Source of the DNA: a virus
Taxonomy: Duplodnaviria > Heunggongvirae > Uroviricota > Caudoviricetes
Virus record (IMG/VR): IMGVR_UViG_3300047159_000049
Reading direction: 5' to 3' (one strand)
DNA: 64,000 bases
The stretch's first letter is position 1; every line of letters starts with the position of its first letter. Positions 1 to 10,267 of the stretch are shown in pieces. A program made the translations under genes and the position numbers. Below the pieces are notes generated by a model. The model had not been told where the DNA came from. It made no database searches and saw only the letters and a program-made list of their open reading frames with translations.

Positions 1-2
1 CC

Positions 3-1424
3 ATCATAGACACGAAGAATTCCGAATACGGGACCAAGAGCGCCAATCTGACGAAGCTCGAGATCCTGAACAAACGCCCATTGGCGTGCACGACGATCGA
101 CAGCTGCCCGTTTATCAGCGACGCGCTTAAATACGTCAATCTTCCGTCTGAGCTAAAAACTCTGGATAAGGAGATCTACGACGCCAAAGCGCTTCTCAAA
201 GAAGACCAACGCGCGGCCGACCGTCTGTCTGAGATCGTTCACCTATACGATGAATTCGCGATCTATTATTCAGCCATGAAACCTCGCGAGAATCCTATCA
301 TCGCGTATTTCGTGGCTCAGTCAAAGACGACTTTCTCCAAGACGCTTCAAAAGCCGATCAATGATCTCAACGCTTTGGCGCAATCGGTCATCTCGTCAGC
401 CAAGAAAGGATTGGAGGATCTGCAGTCGATCACGTCCCTCGAAGGAGAGATCGAGCAGCTGAAGACCCGCTACAAAGCCATCTCCGATTCCGAGAAGAAC
501 CGGCAATATTTCAATTCCGAAGCATCGACGAAGACCGATATGGAAGCCGCCGAGAACAAAAAGCTCGCCGCCGCCGTAGAAGCCATCCTGAGCCTCGATA
601 AGCAAAAGGCATCCCAAGAGGCTGCCCTCAAGGAAACCGAGGAATACATCAAGAGCAAGACTGAGTCCAACGGATTGAATGCTGAAGCGACTAAGCTTAA
701 GGCTATCGTCGATGATTACAACAACAAGCTGTCGATGAAGACCGCCAATGACGCTGAACTGGTCACGGTAAACGCCGGGCTCAGCAATGCCAATGGCACC
801 AAAACGCGGCTTCAGGAAAGCATGCGAAACGCCGAAGCCGCGATCACGAACATCGACGCGCTCGACAAAGAGCTCGCGTCGGTAAAAACCGTCTATGCCG
901 ATCAGAAGGCCATCCGCGAATCGCTCGATCCGCGCAAAGGCATCCCATTGCTGTTCGTCCAAGCGTATCTCGGGCAAACCGAGAAGATCGCCAACGAATT
1001 GCTCGATCTGGCATACAACGGCAAGTTCAAGATCATCTTCGCTCCGACCGACAAAGACTTCTTCATCAAAGTCCAGACCGGAACCAACATGAAAGACGAC
1101 ATCACCTTGGCATCGCAAGGCGAGATCGCCATGACCACCGTGTCCATCAGCCTTGCCCTAATCGAGCAGAGCCTTGGGCGGTTTAATTCCGTATGCCTGG
1201 ATGAGATCGACGGCCCTCTGGATTCAGAGAACCGAAGGTCATTCATCTCGATCCTCAAATCGCAGATCTCAAAGATGAGCATCGAGCAGGTGTTCGTCAT
1301 CTCGCATAACGACGCGTTCGATTCGGAGAGCATGGACATGATCCTGCTTCCTGGGTCCCATGTCGACCGAGACAGCGAGTTCTTCGCCAATAAGAGAATC
1401 GTGTTCGATTCAGAAACCCTCTGA
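3..1424 (+). CDS. Rad50/SbcC-like ABC ATPase, C-terminal part (5' end lies outside the window)
   Basis: Reading frame is open to the window start. There is a long coiled-coil region. C-terminal motifs LDEIDGPLD (Walker B/D-loop) and VFVISHN (H-loop) are typical of the SMC/Rad50 family. Confidence 0.6.
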   Translation: MIDTKNSEYGTKSANLTKLEILNKRPLACTTIDSCPFISDALKYVNLPSELKTLDKEIYDAKALLKEDQRAADRLSEIVHLYDEFAIYYSAMKPRENPIIAYFVAQSKTTFSKTLQKPINDLNALAQSVISSAKKGLEDLQSITSLEGEIEQLKTRYKAISDSEKNRQYFNSEASTKTDMEAAENKKLAAAVEAILSLDKQKASQEAALKETEEYIKSKTESNGLNAEATKLKAIVDDYNNKLSMKTANDAELVTVNAGLSNANGTKTRLQESMRNAEAAITNIDALDKELASVKTVYADQKAIRESLDPRKGIPLLFVQAYLGQTEKIANELLDLAYNGKFKIIFAPTDKDFFIKVQTGTNMKDDITLASQGEIAMTTVSISLALIEQSLGRFNSVCLDEIDGPLDSENRRSFISILKSQISKMSIEQVFVISHNDAFDSESMDMILLPGSHVDRDSEFFANKRIVFDSETL

Positions 1425-1470
1425 GAGGATGCCGAAAGGCATTCCCTCAGGGGATTATTTTTTATTTTCC
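1421..1470 (+). terminator. terminator-like hairpin plus T-run
   Basis: CTGAGAGGATGCC...GGCATTCCCTCAG then TTATTTTTTATTTT. Confidence 0.5.
1451..1470 (-). repeat. AT-motif copy (GGGATTATTTTTTATTTTCC)
   Basis: Intergenic, after a terminator hairpin, about 25 nt before the 1496 start. Confidence 0.7.
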
Positions 1471-1495
1471 TTCAAGGAAAGAAACACAACACATT

Positions 1496-3841
1496 ATGTA
1501 TGACAAACCATTCGACCGAGAGAAAGCCATAGATAATCTTCGCGAGCTTGCGACTGTAAGCCTTTCAACAAGAGAAGGCGTCGTATACGGCCAAGCGCTG
1601 TTCTGCATATTAGCCGGATTGCCTCTCAGCGTTCTGGTTGATCCGGAAACTCAGAAAATCGTCGAAGGTATCACTAACCTAAGAACATACGATTCGTATA
1701 ACTACACCAATCCTACTAAGATAAACTTCATCAGCGGCATGCTTGGATTGTACAGAAACTGCTATGTCGACGTCGATTCGAAGCTCAGCGTAGACATCGC
1801 AAAAGTGATCCTTTCAAGCATCGTCAGGGAAAACAAATATTCCTGGTTCGGCGATAACGCGTCAAACGTATTTCAGATGCTTAACAAGATCTTCAAATTC
1901 GAGACTTCTAGGATAGGCGACGTCGTCACGCTTCTTCTCAAAGCGCCAGATTCGTTTTTCGTTTCAAGCGGAAATCTAATGGACTCCGATGCGTCTTTCG
2001 CAGGGATCCCGTTTTCGCCGTGCAACCTATTCCAATACTATCTTGATTGCGAGATCATGTACGACACCGATATCAGCCGAATCATCAAATTCGTGAATAA
2101 GTCCGAAGGAATCCTCAAGGCTTCGTTCAAAGAAGACCCGGATGGAATAGGGCTGTTCCAATGCCCGGCTGGGATGACCTATGACGTCGTCTCCGTCAAC
2201 GCCGCCAATAAGATCCGCATCAACCGCGAGCTGATTTTAGTCAATCCCAACATCGACGACGCCAGCAAAATGGCATTCGTGTCGTCAGATCCGAAGGCAT
2301 GCGTAAAGAAAGCCATACCGGTATATGCGGAGATATTCGATCTCAAATTCACAGATTTTTCTCAGGTTTCGGCGCTTGCGGACATCATCGCCAAGTGCGA
2401 GCATCCTACTCTGACGAAAGGCAGACTTGCGTCAGAAGTTCTCAACGTCCGAGAGCAGATTCTCGTTCCTAAGCTTGAAGCCGCCATCAACACGGTTTAC
2501 AAATACTCGAAGGCTTCCGGAGTCAGCACCGAAGAGAACATCTCCAAGGCAACCCGGGCTAAACACTACAAAGGCATGCCTGGCGCCAATGACTTCTTCT
2601 CATCGGTAAAAGGCTATCGCAGCCTTGAATCCGCCATGTCAAAATTCAACGCCAGAGCCAGCTATGTCGTATGCCCGAGCAATAATAACAACAAACTAAT
2701 CTCAGCCATCGCGATAGACTACAGCGCATGCGAAGGAGATCCGACATATATCATGAAGGCTTCTTTGGCCCATGAATACATCATCGGAACGATATCGTGC
2801 ACAGATCCTGAGGAGATGATCCAATATCCTGGTCTATGGAATATGTTCGCCACAGACAAAGGAGCCCTTCCTTACGACCCTGGAAACAGCGACAGATCAT
2901 CGGCATCTTTCATGTCAGTCGTGAAGCGGTTCGCCAAATTCAGTCCAAACGCCAACAAGAAAGCGTCGTGCCGAATGATATTCGACGCGATGATACGAGG
3001 ATTCGGCGTCTTTGCGTCTAATTGGCAGCTTAACGGAAAGCATCTCAATGCCGCAAATGTCATAATGAACGATTTCTATGACGTGTTCATCAATAAATGC
3101 GTAACTCCAAACGACGATGATCCTAGAGCAAGCGTCTATGACATCTCCAATCTCGACATGACCGACGCCGACAGAGAATCTCTGGCGGCCATAGTCGGGT
3201 CATGCTACGACAGCGGGATAATCTCCGATCAGTATTACGACATCATCTATTCGAAGATCGAAGAATCGTCCATAAACGGTCAACGCTTCGATTATTATCA
3301 CATTCAGCCTATCACTAGGCTTGTCGCCATGTGCGGAAAGGCCGCTTCTAACAAATTGCTGGAAATGGCCGCCGCCCAGAAGACCTATCTTCCAATGGTG
3401 CTATTCGTATCCGGGGCTCTTCCTGGTTGCGTCTATAGTGGACGCGCTGCATTCGAGCAAGCAGCCAGGACTATCAGCGATCAACTGAAGAGCGATATCT
3501 CAAATCCGCATTACGACACGGCATTCAGCCAGATCGATGGCGATCCTGATCTCCCATTAATGACCGCGCTCGGAATCATCGTCGCCAACATCAACAACGA
3601 CTCCGCCGTTACTTATCGCCAAACAGCGGCTATCGCTAATTCCGTTAAGCGAGCTTCTGCTAACGAATATTATCGCGGAGAGGTCTCCTTTACTCCGGCT
3701 TTGCGAAATCAGTTCTCGCAGACATATTTCGAAGGGCTTTTCAAATACTACTTCTCAGATCAATCATCTCCGGAAGCGGTTGAGTTCAAGCATAATCTCG
3801 AGTATATGGACGCGTCAATATCCCTCAATCTGTCAATCTAG
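1496..3841 (+). CDS. hypothetical large protein (781 aa)
   Basis: Long ORF with an ATG start after a terminator-like hairpin. No catalytic motifs recognised. Confidence 0.6.
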   Translation: MYDKPFDREKAIDNLRELATVSLSTREGVVYGQALFCILAGLPLSVLVDPETQKIVEGITNLRTYDSYNYTNPTKINFISGMLGLYRNCYVDVDSKLSVDIAKVILSSIVRENKYSWFGDNASNVFQMLNKIFKFETSRIGDVVTLLLKAPDSFFVSSGNLMDSDASFAGIPFSPCNLFQYYLDCEIMYDTDISRIIKFVNKSEGILKASFKEDPDGIGLFQCPAGMTYDVVSVNAANKIRINRELILVNPNIDDASKMAFVSSDPKACVKKAIPVYAEIFDLKFTDFSQVSALADIIAKCEHPTLTKGRLASEVLNVREQILVPKLEAAINTVYKYSKASGVSTEENISKATRAKHYKGMPGANDFFSSVKGYRSLESAMSKFNARASYVVCPSNNNNKLISAIAIDYSACEGDPTYIMKASLAHEYIIGTISCTDPEEMIQYPGLWNMFATDKGALPYDPGNSDRSSASFMSVVKRFAKFSPNANKKASCRMIFDAMIRGFGVFASNWQLNGKHLNAANVIMNDFYDVFINKCVTPNDDDPRASVYDISNLDMTDADRESLAAIVGSCYDSGIISDQYYDIIYSKIEESSINGQRFDYYHIQPITRLVAMCGKAASNKLLEMAAAQKTYLPMVLFVSGALPGCVYSGRAAFEQAARTISDQLKSDISNPHYDTAFSQIDGDPDLPLMTALGIIVANINNDSAVTYRQTAAIANSVKRASANEYYRGEVSFTPALRNQFSQTYFEGLFKYYFSDQSSPEAVEFKHNLEYMDASISLNLSI

Positions 3842-3891
3842 CCAAAAACGCCCCTCCGAACAACGTATTATTGATCGGAGGGACGTGTCCA

Positions 3892-4353
3892 ATGGCTGCA
3901 CCAACACCAGAAACTAAGCAATTCGAAGATTACTTCAAAGACGATTTAGACGCCATAAACTCGACCATTTCCGATATCGAGCTCTACAAGAAGGGCATCG
4001 ATGGACGAATCGGTTTGATGCAAGGCGCCGGATCAAGAGGAGGCGAGCATTATCTCACCGACCATTACAAGAACGCCATCGCATTGGAAACGATGAAGGC
4101 GACGTTGCTTGAGGATCGGTTCGAGATCCATAAGACCGTCATGGACTACGCAGTCAAAGCCACCGTCACAGGCGGAGGAGACAACGAGTCCGCGCTCATT
4201 TCCATCGCAAGGAACCTTTACAAGGCTCAGGTCGCTGATCTTAATTCGGCAAACGCCGTCATGAACTCCATAGGGCCAAACGGGATCGTCCCTCAAGCCG
4301 CCAATGGAGAAACAGCCGACGCCGCGATTGACAAGCGCCTCGATAAGAAGTAA
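3892..4353 (+). CDS. hypothetical protein
   Basis: ATG at 3892 is preceded by a GGAGGGA ribosome-binding site. The ORF ends before a terminator-like hairpin. Confidence 0.5.
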   Translation: MAAPTPETKQFEDYFKDDLDAINSTISDIELYKKGIDGRIGLMQGAGSRGGEHYLTDHYKNAIALETMKATLLEDRFEIHKTVMDYAVKATVTGGGDNESALISIARNLYKAQVADLNSANAVMNSIGPNGIVPQAANGETADAAIDKRLDKK

Positions 4354-4406
4354 TATCAAGCCTGAGCCAGAGATGGCCCAGGCTAATTTTTAGAAAGGAC
4401 AATAAT

Positions 4407-5468
4407 ATGGACAAAATCATCGCATCGGCAAAGGAGCTTCAAGCCGCGATCAACGCAGGAGAGAAATCCTCCGTTCAGATCGAAGGCTCAATCTCAAGGG
4501 TCGTCTCTGTCCCAAAAGACAACAACGACAACCATCCGATGCATTTCATCATCAAGCTCGAAGCCACCGGAGATGACATCAGCGTATCCAGCTGGGACGC
4601 CGATACCATCGCGCTCATCAAGGCTTCCGAGAACAGCTCCAACGTGTTCGTCGTCACCGGCATTCCGGCGTCATACAACAACTACCCCGAAATCAAAGGC
4701 GCCAAAGCCAAAGACTCCGGAGTCGCGTCTAAGCGCAAAGCCAAGCCAGCATATCCGCAAGGAGACGTCACGATGAAATTCGTCAAGGAAATCGTCGACA
4801 AAAACGTCACGGATCCCACTTGCCTGGCCATTCTAAATGACCTTATTTTCAGCAGCAAGGATTTCTGGGCATGGCCGGCGGCAAAGCGCAACCATCACGC
4901 AGCTATCGGAGGATTGGCGTATCACTCCCTCGGCGTCTGCATGACTGCCATGAAGATCTCCGCCAACTACAACTATCAGAATATCGACAAGAGCATCCTC
5001 ATCACCGGGGCGCTTATCCACGACATCGGAAAGCTGAAGGAATATCAGCAAGACGGCACGTACGTCGATGAGTACGGAACCCTTCTTGGGCATACCGTCA
5101 TCGGCGAGATGATGCTTGAAGACGAAGCCAACAAGCTTGGCCTTTCGTTCGATGACCTTACCATCAGGCAGCTAGCCCATATCATCGCGTCGCATCACGG
5201 CACGAGAGAGAAAGGCGCGGCGGCCGTCCCGGCTACGATGGAAGCTGTGATCGTCTACAAATCAGACGACATCGATGCCACCGAAGACGCTTGCGTCACG
5301 GCTATGGCGCAAACCGTTTCGTACGGTGAGTCGACGAGCCCGATCAAGATGCTCGGACAGGATGAGAACAGATTGATCAGAATGCATCCGGCCCAGGAGG
5401 CTCCGGCCGAAGCAAAGGCCGATGCCCCTGAGGAAAAGCAATCATCCGAAAGCGACGTTCCGTTCTGA
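4407..5468 (+). CDS. HD-domain phosphohydrolase with N-terminal OB-like domain (YhaM-like)
   Basis: H...HD motif (HHAAIGGLAYHS ... GALIHDIGK). RBS AGAAAGGA is upstream. Confidence 0.6.
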   Translation: MDKIIASAKELQAAINAGEKSSVQIEGSISRVVSVPKDNNDNHPMHFIIKLEATGDDISVSSWDADTIALIKASENSSNVFVVTGIPASYNNYPEIKGAKAKDSGVASKRKAKPAYPQGDVTMKFVKEIVDKNVTDPTCLAILNDLIFSSKDFWAWPAAKRNHHAAIGGLAYHSLGVCMTAMKISANYNYQNIDKSILITGALIHDIGKLKEYQQDGTYVDEYGTLLGHTVIGEMMLEDEANKLGLSFDDLTIRQLAHIIASHHGTREKGAAAVPATMEAVIVYKSDDIDATEDACVTAMAQTVSYGESTSPIKMLGQDENRLIRMHPAQEAPAEAKADAPEEKQSSESDVPF

Positions 5469-5476
5469 GACGCCGC

Positions 5477-5493
5477 TTTTTTTTATTTTTTCC
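5477..5493 (-). repeat. AT-motif copy (T-run variant)
   Basis: Intergenic, immediately 5' of a sigma70-like promoter. Confidence 0.5.
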
Positions 5494-5503
5494 AAGCGCG
5501 GCA

Positions 5504-5531
5504 TTGACAACCGGGAAAGCTTCACGTAGAA
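5504..5531 (+). promoter_or_regulatory. sigma70-like promoter TTGACA-N16-TAGAAT upstream of the polymerase gene
   Basis: Read directly from the sequence. Confidence 0.5.
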
Positions 5532-5556
5532 TTGTATCCGTAAAGAAGGAGATCGT

Positions 5557-7596
5557 ATGGGCAAGAAGATAGGCACTCTGATCAAGTCGTTTAAAGGCAG
5601 ACGAAAGTCTTCGTCTGGAGCCGAATATGACACGATTCTTTTGATCTATCGGGATGAGAACGGCGTCAAGAAGACGTTGTTTTATGACCGGCCAGAGGTA
5701 TCGTATTACATCATCAAGGACAAGGAATCCCCAGAGGCGATCAAGCCTCCGATGTACATCGAGAACTATAAGGTCCAGGAAGTTAAGGTTTACAGCGATC
5801 TTCTTCTAAGAGACATCGCTTCGAAAACCAACGCGCTCGGTTTCTATGAAGCGGTAGCCACCACCAAAGGCATCTACTCTTATGACATGCACAACATCTT
5901 CAAGCATCCGTGGATCTATGGAGCGGATATGGATCTCAGCGACAGATACATCGCCAAGTTCCAAAATGAGTATGATCCAGATCCAAACTATAAACTTCAC
6001 AAATGCTATTTCGATATCGAGGTAGATCTCATGCCGAACGGATTCCGCGATAACGGATTCTCAGGTTTCCCAGACGAAGACGTCGCGCCATGCCCGGTCA
6101 ACGTCATCACCCTTATTGATGGCAAATTCAAAAAGATCTACACGTTTGTCAATCATAATCCTCTTAACAAATCTCTTGAGGAATTCGCTGGAGATCTGCA
6201 GGGATTTCAGAAAGACATGGCGGACCAAATTTTCAAAGAAGACAATTTGAAGCTTGATGTCAACGTCATAATGTGCGAAGGAGAGCTCAATACGATTGAG
6301 GCGTTCTTCAAGAAAATCCACGAAATAGATCCAGATTACGTCCTTGGCTGGAACTGCAACTTCGATATCATCACTTTGATCAATCGGCTCAGATATCTTT
6401 ATCGCAAAGTCGAACGCCCGGCAGGAGTTACTGCTGATCAAATGATGCTTGAGATGGTCTGTGACTCAAAATACGCGCATCAGAAAGCGGCCGACGGAGT
6501 CACCGATGTCTGGATCTCTCCTCGGGCTTTCTACCAAAAGAACGAAACCAAGAAGATCGGGTCTCGGCTTGATAACTTCATGGTGCTTGATGGCATCAAC
6601 TGGGAAGACCAGATGCTTTATTATGCGGTCATTCACTTCAGCGAAGGAAAACGCGATAGCTATAGACTAGACGCGATCGCCAACTTCGAGTTGAAGAAAG
6701 AGAAGCTCCCGTTCGCCCCAGGCGAAACCGTCAAGAATCTTCCTTGGAAGAACTTCCGCAAATTCACGAACTACAACATGCACGACGCCTTGCTTCTTCT
6801 CATGATCGAAGACAAGACTCTCGATATCGATCTTCTTCAGACGCTTTCCGAGATTACCAACACCCGCAAGGAAAAGGTATTCTCAAAGTCCATCTCGCTG
6901 CCGAACTTCATCAACAAGTATTCCATCGAGAACGGATTCATCATGAGCGGCAACAAGAATGCCGATTATGGCGATTATGGCAAGGTCTACGACACCGACT
7001 ATCGCGATGTGTCCCCTATCGTGGACAGCGATCCGGCATACACCGCCCAGATCAATCACGCCGACAAATACGGCGCGCTCGTCTCCGATCCTAACCTCAA
7101 TGAGCCTGTTGGCATGATGATGCCAAGCGGCAAGAGATCGAACCGCGTGTTCGAGAACGTCTGCGACCAAGACCTCTCATCTCTGTACCCTTCGATCCTT
7201 CGCACGCTCAATCTTGATTCCAGCACCGAGATCGGAAAGTTCATCCTCGTCGATGACGCGATCAAGTCCAATCTCAAGAAGAAGTATGGATACAGCGGCT
7301 TGTTCAAGCTCAGCGAGAAAGACGACGGAGCCGGCCAGATCGACGACGTTTCCGTTCCAGGAGAGGATGAATCGGCCGCTTCGGATGACACATCCGAAGA
7401 CGACAGCGACATTCTGTCCGACGACAAAGGAAGCTTCGCCGAGACCAGCGACTTGGGCCCGACGCTGTCAGACGAGATCGAAAGCCAGAACTGGTGCCGC
7501 CTCGGAGAGAAGTACATGTTCCTTCCGTCCGTCGACGACAACATCAAGAAAGTCGCCTCGATCATCGCGGCAAGAAAAGCGGAGGCCGGTAAATGA
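5557..7596 (+). CDS. family B DNA polymerase, exonuclease domain plus motif A; motifs B and C not found in this ORF
   Basis: ExoI YFDIEVD, ExoII WNCNFDI, ExoIII YNMHDALL, motif A DQDLSSLYPSIL. The C-terminus is acidic low-complexity, then a stop. Confidence 0.75.
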   Translation: MGKKIGTLIKSFKGRRKSSSGAEYDTILLIYRDENGVKKTLFYDRPEVSYYIIKDKESPEAIKPPMYIENYKVQEVKVYSDLLLRDIASKTNALGFYEAVATTKGIYSYDMHNIFKHPWIYGADMDLSDRYIAKFQNEYDPDPNYKLHKCYFDIEVDLMPNGFRDNGFSGFPDEDVAPCPVNVITLIDGKFKKIYTFVNHNPLNKSLEEFAGDLQGFQKDMADQIFKEDNLKLDVNVIMCEGELNTIEAFFKKIHEIDPDYVLGWNCNFDIITLINRLRYLYRKVERPAGVTADQMMLEMVCDSKYAHQKAADGVTDVWISPRAFYQKNETKKIGSRLDNFMVLDGINWEDQMLYYAVIHFSEGKRDSYRLDAIANFELKKEKLPFAPGETVKNLPWKNFRKFTNYNMHDALLLLMIEDKTLDIDLLQTLSEITNTRKEKVFSKSISLPNFINKYSIENGFIMSGNKNADYGDYGKVYDTDYRDVSPIVDSDPAYTAQINHADKYGALVSDPNLNEPVGMMMPSGKRSNRVFENVCDQDLSSLYPSILRTLNLDSSTEIGKFILVDDAIKSNLKKKYGYSGLFKLSEKDDGAGQIDDVSVPGEDESAASDDTSEDDSDILSDDKGSFAETSDLGPTLSDEIESQNWCRLGEKYMFLPSVDDNIKKVASIIAARKAEAGK

Positions 7597-7985
7597 ACCG
7601 CCGCCGGAAAGCCAAGATGGTCTCAGACGATATGGCCGATCCTATTTCGGCGATAGCGTCGTTCATCCTCTTCTGCGAGGTCAGCCAGGATCAGAAGATA
7701 CAGAAGAGGATGGATGTGCAGTTCTACCGCGAGAGGTTGATGACCAAAGTCGCTGACGGCATATCCAAAGCCGCATACGACTGCGCCATCAACGGCATGG
7801 CCGACGAGGCCAAGTTCATCAACCTCAACATGAAGAACTCTCTTTCGGTGATCGTCAATGATCTGTTCTCCAGAGGCTACTCCCAGCAGAATCAGATGTT
7901 CCTGATCGACATCCTGGAAGAGGATTCCAAGGCGCTCGATGGCGCCATTTCGATCCTGAAAGACAACCTTAGCAAGCTAAAATAG
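7593..7985 (+). CDS. hypothetical protein
   Basis: ORF overlaps the polymerase stop by 4 nt (ATGA). Confidence 0.45.
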   Translation: MNRRRKAKMVSDDMADPISAIASFILFCEVSQDQKIQKRMDVQFYRERLMTKVADGISKAAYDCAINGMADEAKFINLNMKNSLSVIVNDLFSRGYSQQNQMFLIDILEEDSKALDGAISILKDNLSKLK

Positions 7986-8014
7986 TCTCGAACAATCGAT
8001 TATACGATTGTTTC

Positions 8015-8036
8015 GGGATTATTTTTTTTATTTCCC
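8015..8036 (-). repeat. AT-motif copy GGGATTATTTTTTTTATTTCCC
   Basis: Intergenic, hairpin upstream, 17 nt before the ATG at 8053. Confidence 0.7.
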
Positions 8037-8052
8037 TCACGGAGGATCGCAC

Positions 8053-9486
8053 ATGGCTCAAAAACTAAGAAGAGAGAAGGACATCGTCCGCAAATCTGTA
8101 GACAGCTACGTCAAGGCCACGTCGCAGGATTACTCCAAATACATGGAGGGAGGCCCGACCTATCTGACCTACTACAGCTATGACGACATCGCTTCGAAGC
8201 AGGACTATGACCTTGAGGACGTCCATTCGTTCACCGGGGCAAACTCTCCGCGCAAATACAAGAAGATAAACGACGTCGTCGCCTATGGCGTCGATCCGCT
8301 TGCCATCCAAAACGAGCTGTCGAACAGAGGCCTTGAGACGAAGATCACCGGAAAGCTCGTCCTTCTTCCGAACAGCATCCAGCCTTCGTCCGAGGATTTC
8401 TTCGCATTCGACACAGATGGGCTCAGAGACCATCTTTTCAAAGTAACAGAGTACCAGTTCGATAAACCTACAAACAACACTTTCTATGAGGTGCAATGGG
8501 AGCTATACCCAGACGACACCAGCACCATTCTGTCAAATGTCGAGGACGAGTATGAAACCCAGTACGAGAACATCGGCGGAAAAGACAAGACGATCATCAA
8601 GAAAACGACAGCCGACCAAGCCGACAAGGCCAAAGTGGTCGTCGATGACATGATCGACCGCTTCTCTGAGGATTTCTACGACGCCGAGATGGACGAATTC
8701 GTCTATCGCGAATACGACGACGAAGGAAACGCCTCTGACGTCTGGAGCCCATATCTTCAGCATTTCTTGCATAAGAACAAGGTTCTGGCCAAATATTCCC
8801 CAAAGGTTATGGATGACTTCTTCATCCTCGACGTCAATGAGATCGAGAACCCGGGATTGTATTTGGACAAGATCTACCATAAGAGCATCTACAACGCAGT
8901 CGAGACTCAGACCAATTGCGTCGGAATGGAGAGCTCGTTCGCGATGGTTGCCGATTACGGCCTCAAAGACAACCGCAACCTTCCGTTCTTCCTGAATCCT
9001 CGAAAGAGCTATGTTCTGGAGTTCTATGACAGCAAGGAATCGTTCTGGCTCGGCGCGTTCCATTACATCCTGGCAGACGAGAACACCAAATTCGCAAGCT
9101 CTGACGCAGACCACAGATTCGTAAACGAAGCCGATCTTGAGACCAAGAGCAATCTGTCTGTCGGAGACCTGATCTATCAGGTGTCGTCATCGACAAGCGC
9201 CATTCCGATCGACGTGTACAAGATCGTGTCGAACGGAACAGCCGCCGACGTTCTGGCAGCCGGCCTCAACGACATGCTCAGCAGCGAGATGGCCGAAGAA
9301 TATTCAGACGACGTTCTTTTCGATCTTATCAGGAAGTACGTCTTAGGAACAACGATCGAGCTCAGCGACGATCTCCTGAAGAAGCTAAATTCTCGCGAAT
9401 ACACCAGAAGCGTGCATGACTACATGCTCATTCCTGCAGCGATATTCGTCATCAAAAAAGTGATTGATGAGGTGTATGCCCAGTAG
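8053..9486 (+). CDS. hypothetical protein (speculative relation to the polymerase palm: KINDVVAYG and FAFDTDG)
   Basis: ATG at 8053 follows a GGAGGA RBS. Acidic protein. Possible degenerate motif B/C-like strings only. Confidence 0.5.
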   Translation: MAQKLRREKDIVRKSVDSYVKATSQDYSKYMEGGPTYLTYYSYDDIASKQDYDLEDVHSFTGANSPRKYKKINDVVAYGVDPLAIQNELSNRGLETKITGKLVLLPNSIQPSSEDFFAFDTDGLRDHLFKVTEYQFDKPTNNTFYEVQWELYPDDTSTILSNVEDEYETQYENIGGKDKTIIKKTTADQADKAKVVVDDMIDRFSEDFYDAEMDEFVYREYDDEGNASDVWSPYLQHFLHKNKVLAKYSPKVMDDFFILDVNEIENPGLYLDKIYHKSIYNAVETQTNCVGMESSFAMVADYGLKDNRNLPFFLNPRKSYVLEFYDSKESFWLGAFHYILADENTKFASSDADHRFVNEADLETKSNLSVGDLIYQVSSSTSAIPIDVYKIVSNGTAADVLAAGLNDMLSSEMAEEYSDDVLFDLIRKYVLGTTIELSDDLLKKLNSREYTRSVHDYMLIPAAIFVIKKVIDEVYAQ

Positions 9487-9503
9487 TACAATTATGAACG
9501 AAA

Positions 9504-9523
9504 GGAAATAATAAAATAATTCC
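9504..9523 (+). repeat. AT-motif copy GGAAATAATAAAATAATTCC
   Basis: Abuts the ATG at 9524. Confidence 0.7.
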
Positions 9524-10135
9524 ATGGATTACTATTACAATATCTTAAACACTGGAAATTTCCTGGGAATCAAATCCCCGGCACATAAGGTTCTCCTTCC
9601 GGAGTCCATGGCCGTTTTGGCCTCGAGAATGGGCGCGCAGATCGAACGATGGACGCCTGAGAGCGACGCCGTCGCCGAAGCGCAGCCTAAAAGCGCCAAG
9701 ATAGGATCCCCCGCCATAGAAGATATCGGAAACGTCGACAAAATCATAGAGAAAGAGGCTTACGCAGAGCAGCAAAGAAAGCTCCATCGATACGGCTATC
9801 TCACAAGAAACAGCCCAGAATGCCAAGTAAACGCAACCGTTGCCAAGATGACGTCGTACACGAGGCAGCAGCTGAAGGCGATGCCTACTGGCATGCTCGT
9901 CAACATCATCCTCGCCCGCGGGGATAGCCTTGGCCACACATTCAGGCGCGAAGGCTACATCGCCATCATCATGAGAGGAAACATCATACCCGAGCCCGAG
10001 AAGCCTATCACGCATAACGCGATGGTCCAAAAGATCAAGCGGCACGCCGCCCCAAAGGATCCGGACGTTCTCCCAAGAGGGCATCCGACCAGAGAGTACT
10101 GGGCGACTCATAGGAAAAAGCACGATTATGAGTGA
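9524..10135 (+). CDS. hypothetical protein
   Basis: ORF with the AT-rich motif immediately upstream of the ATG. A terminator-like hairpin lies downstream. Confidence 0.5.
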   Translation: MDYYYNILNTGNFLGIKSPAHKVLLPESMAVLASRMGAQIERWTPESDAVAEAQPKSAKIGSPAIEDIGNVDKIIEKEAYAEQQRKLHRYGYLTRNSPECQVNATVAKMTSYTRQQLKAMPTGMLVNIILARGDSLGHTFRREGYIAIIMRGNIIPEPEKPITHNAMVQKIKRHAAPKDPDVLPRGHPTREYWATHRKKHDYE

Positions 10136-10267
10136 TCAAATACCTAGCCTTAGCGGCTGGGTATTTTTTTCTGTAGAAACGGATTAGCACTCTCAACAAT
10201 ACATTGCTAAATGGGAATGCCCATTTTGCGCCAATGTATGAATCGGCGCCATTGAGGTTTTTCATTT

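Noticed and set aside
7380-7420. SDDTSEDD string as a possible polymerase motif C
   Set aside because: It lies in acidic low-complexity sequence too close to motif A. It is probably coincidental.
7214-7756. Ser/Arg-rich alternative-frame ORF over the polymerase 3' end
   Set aside because: Low-complexity frame-shadow of the acidic coding region.
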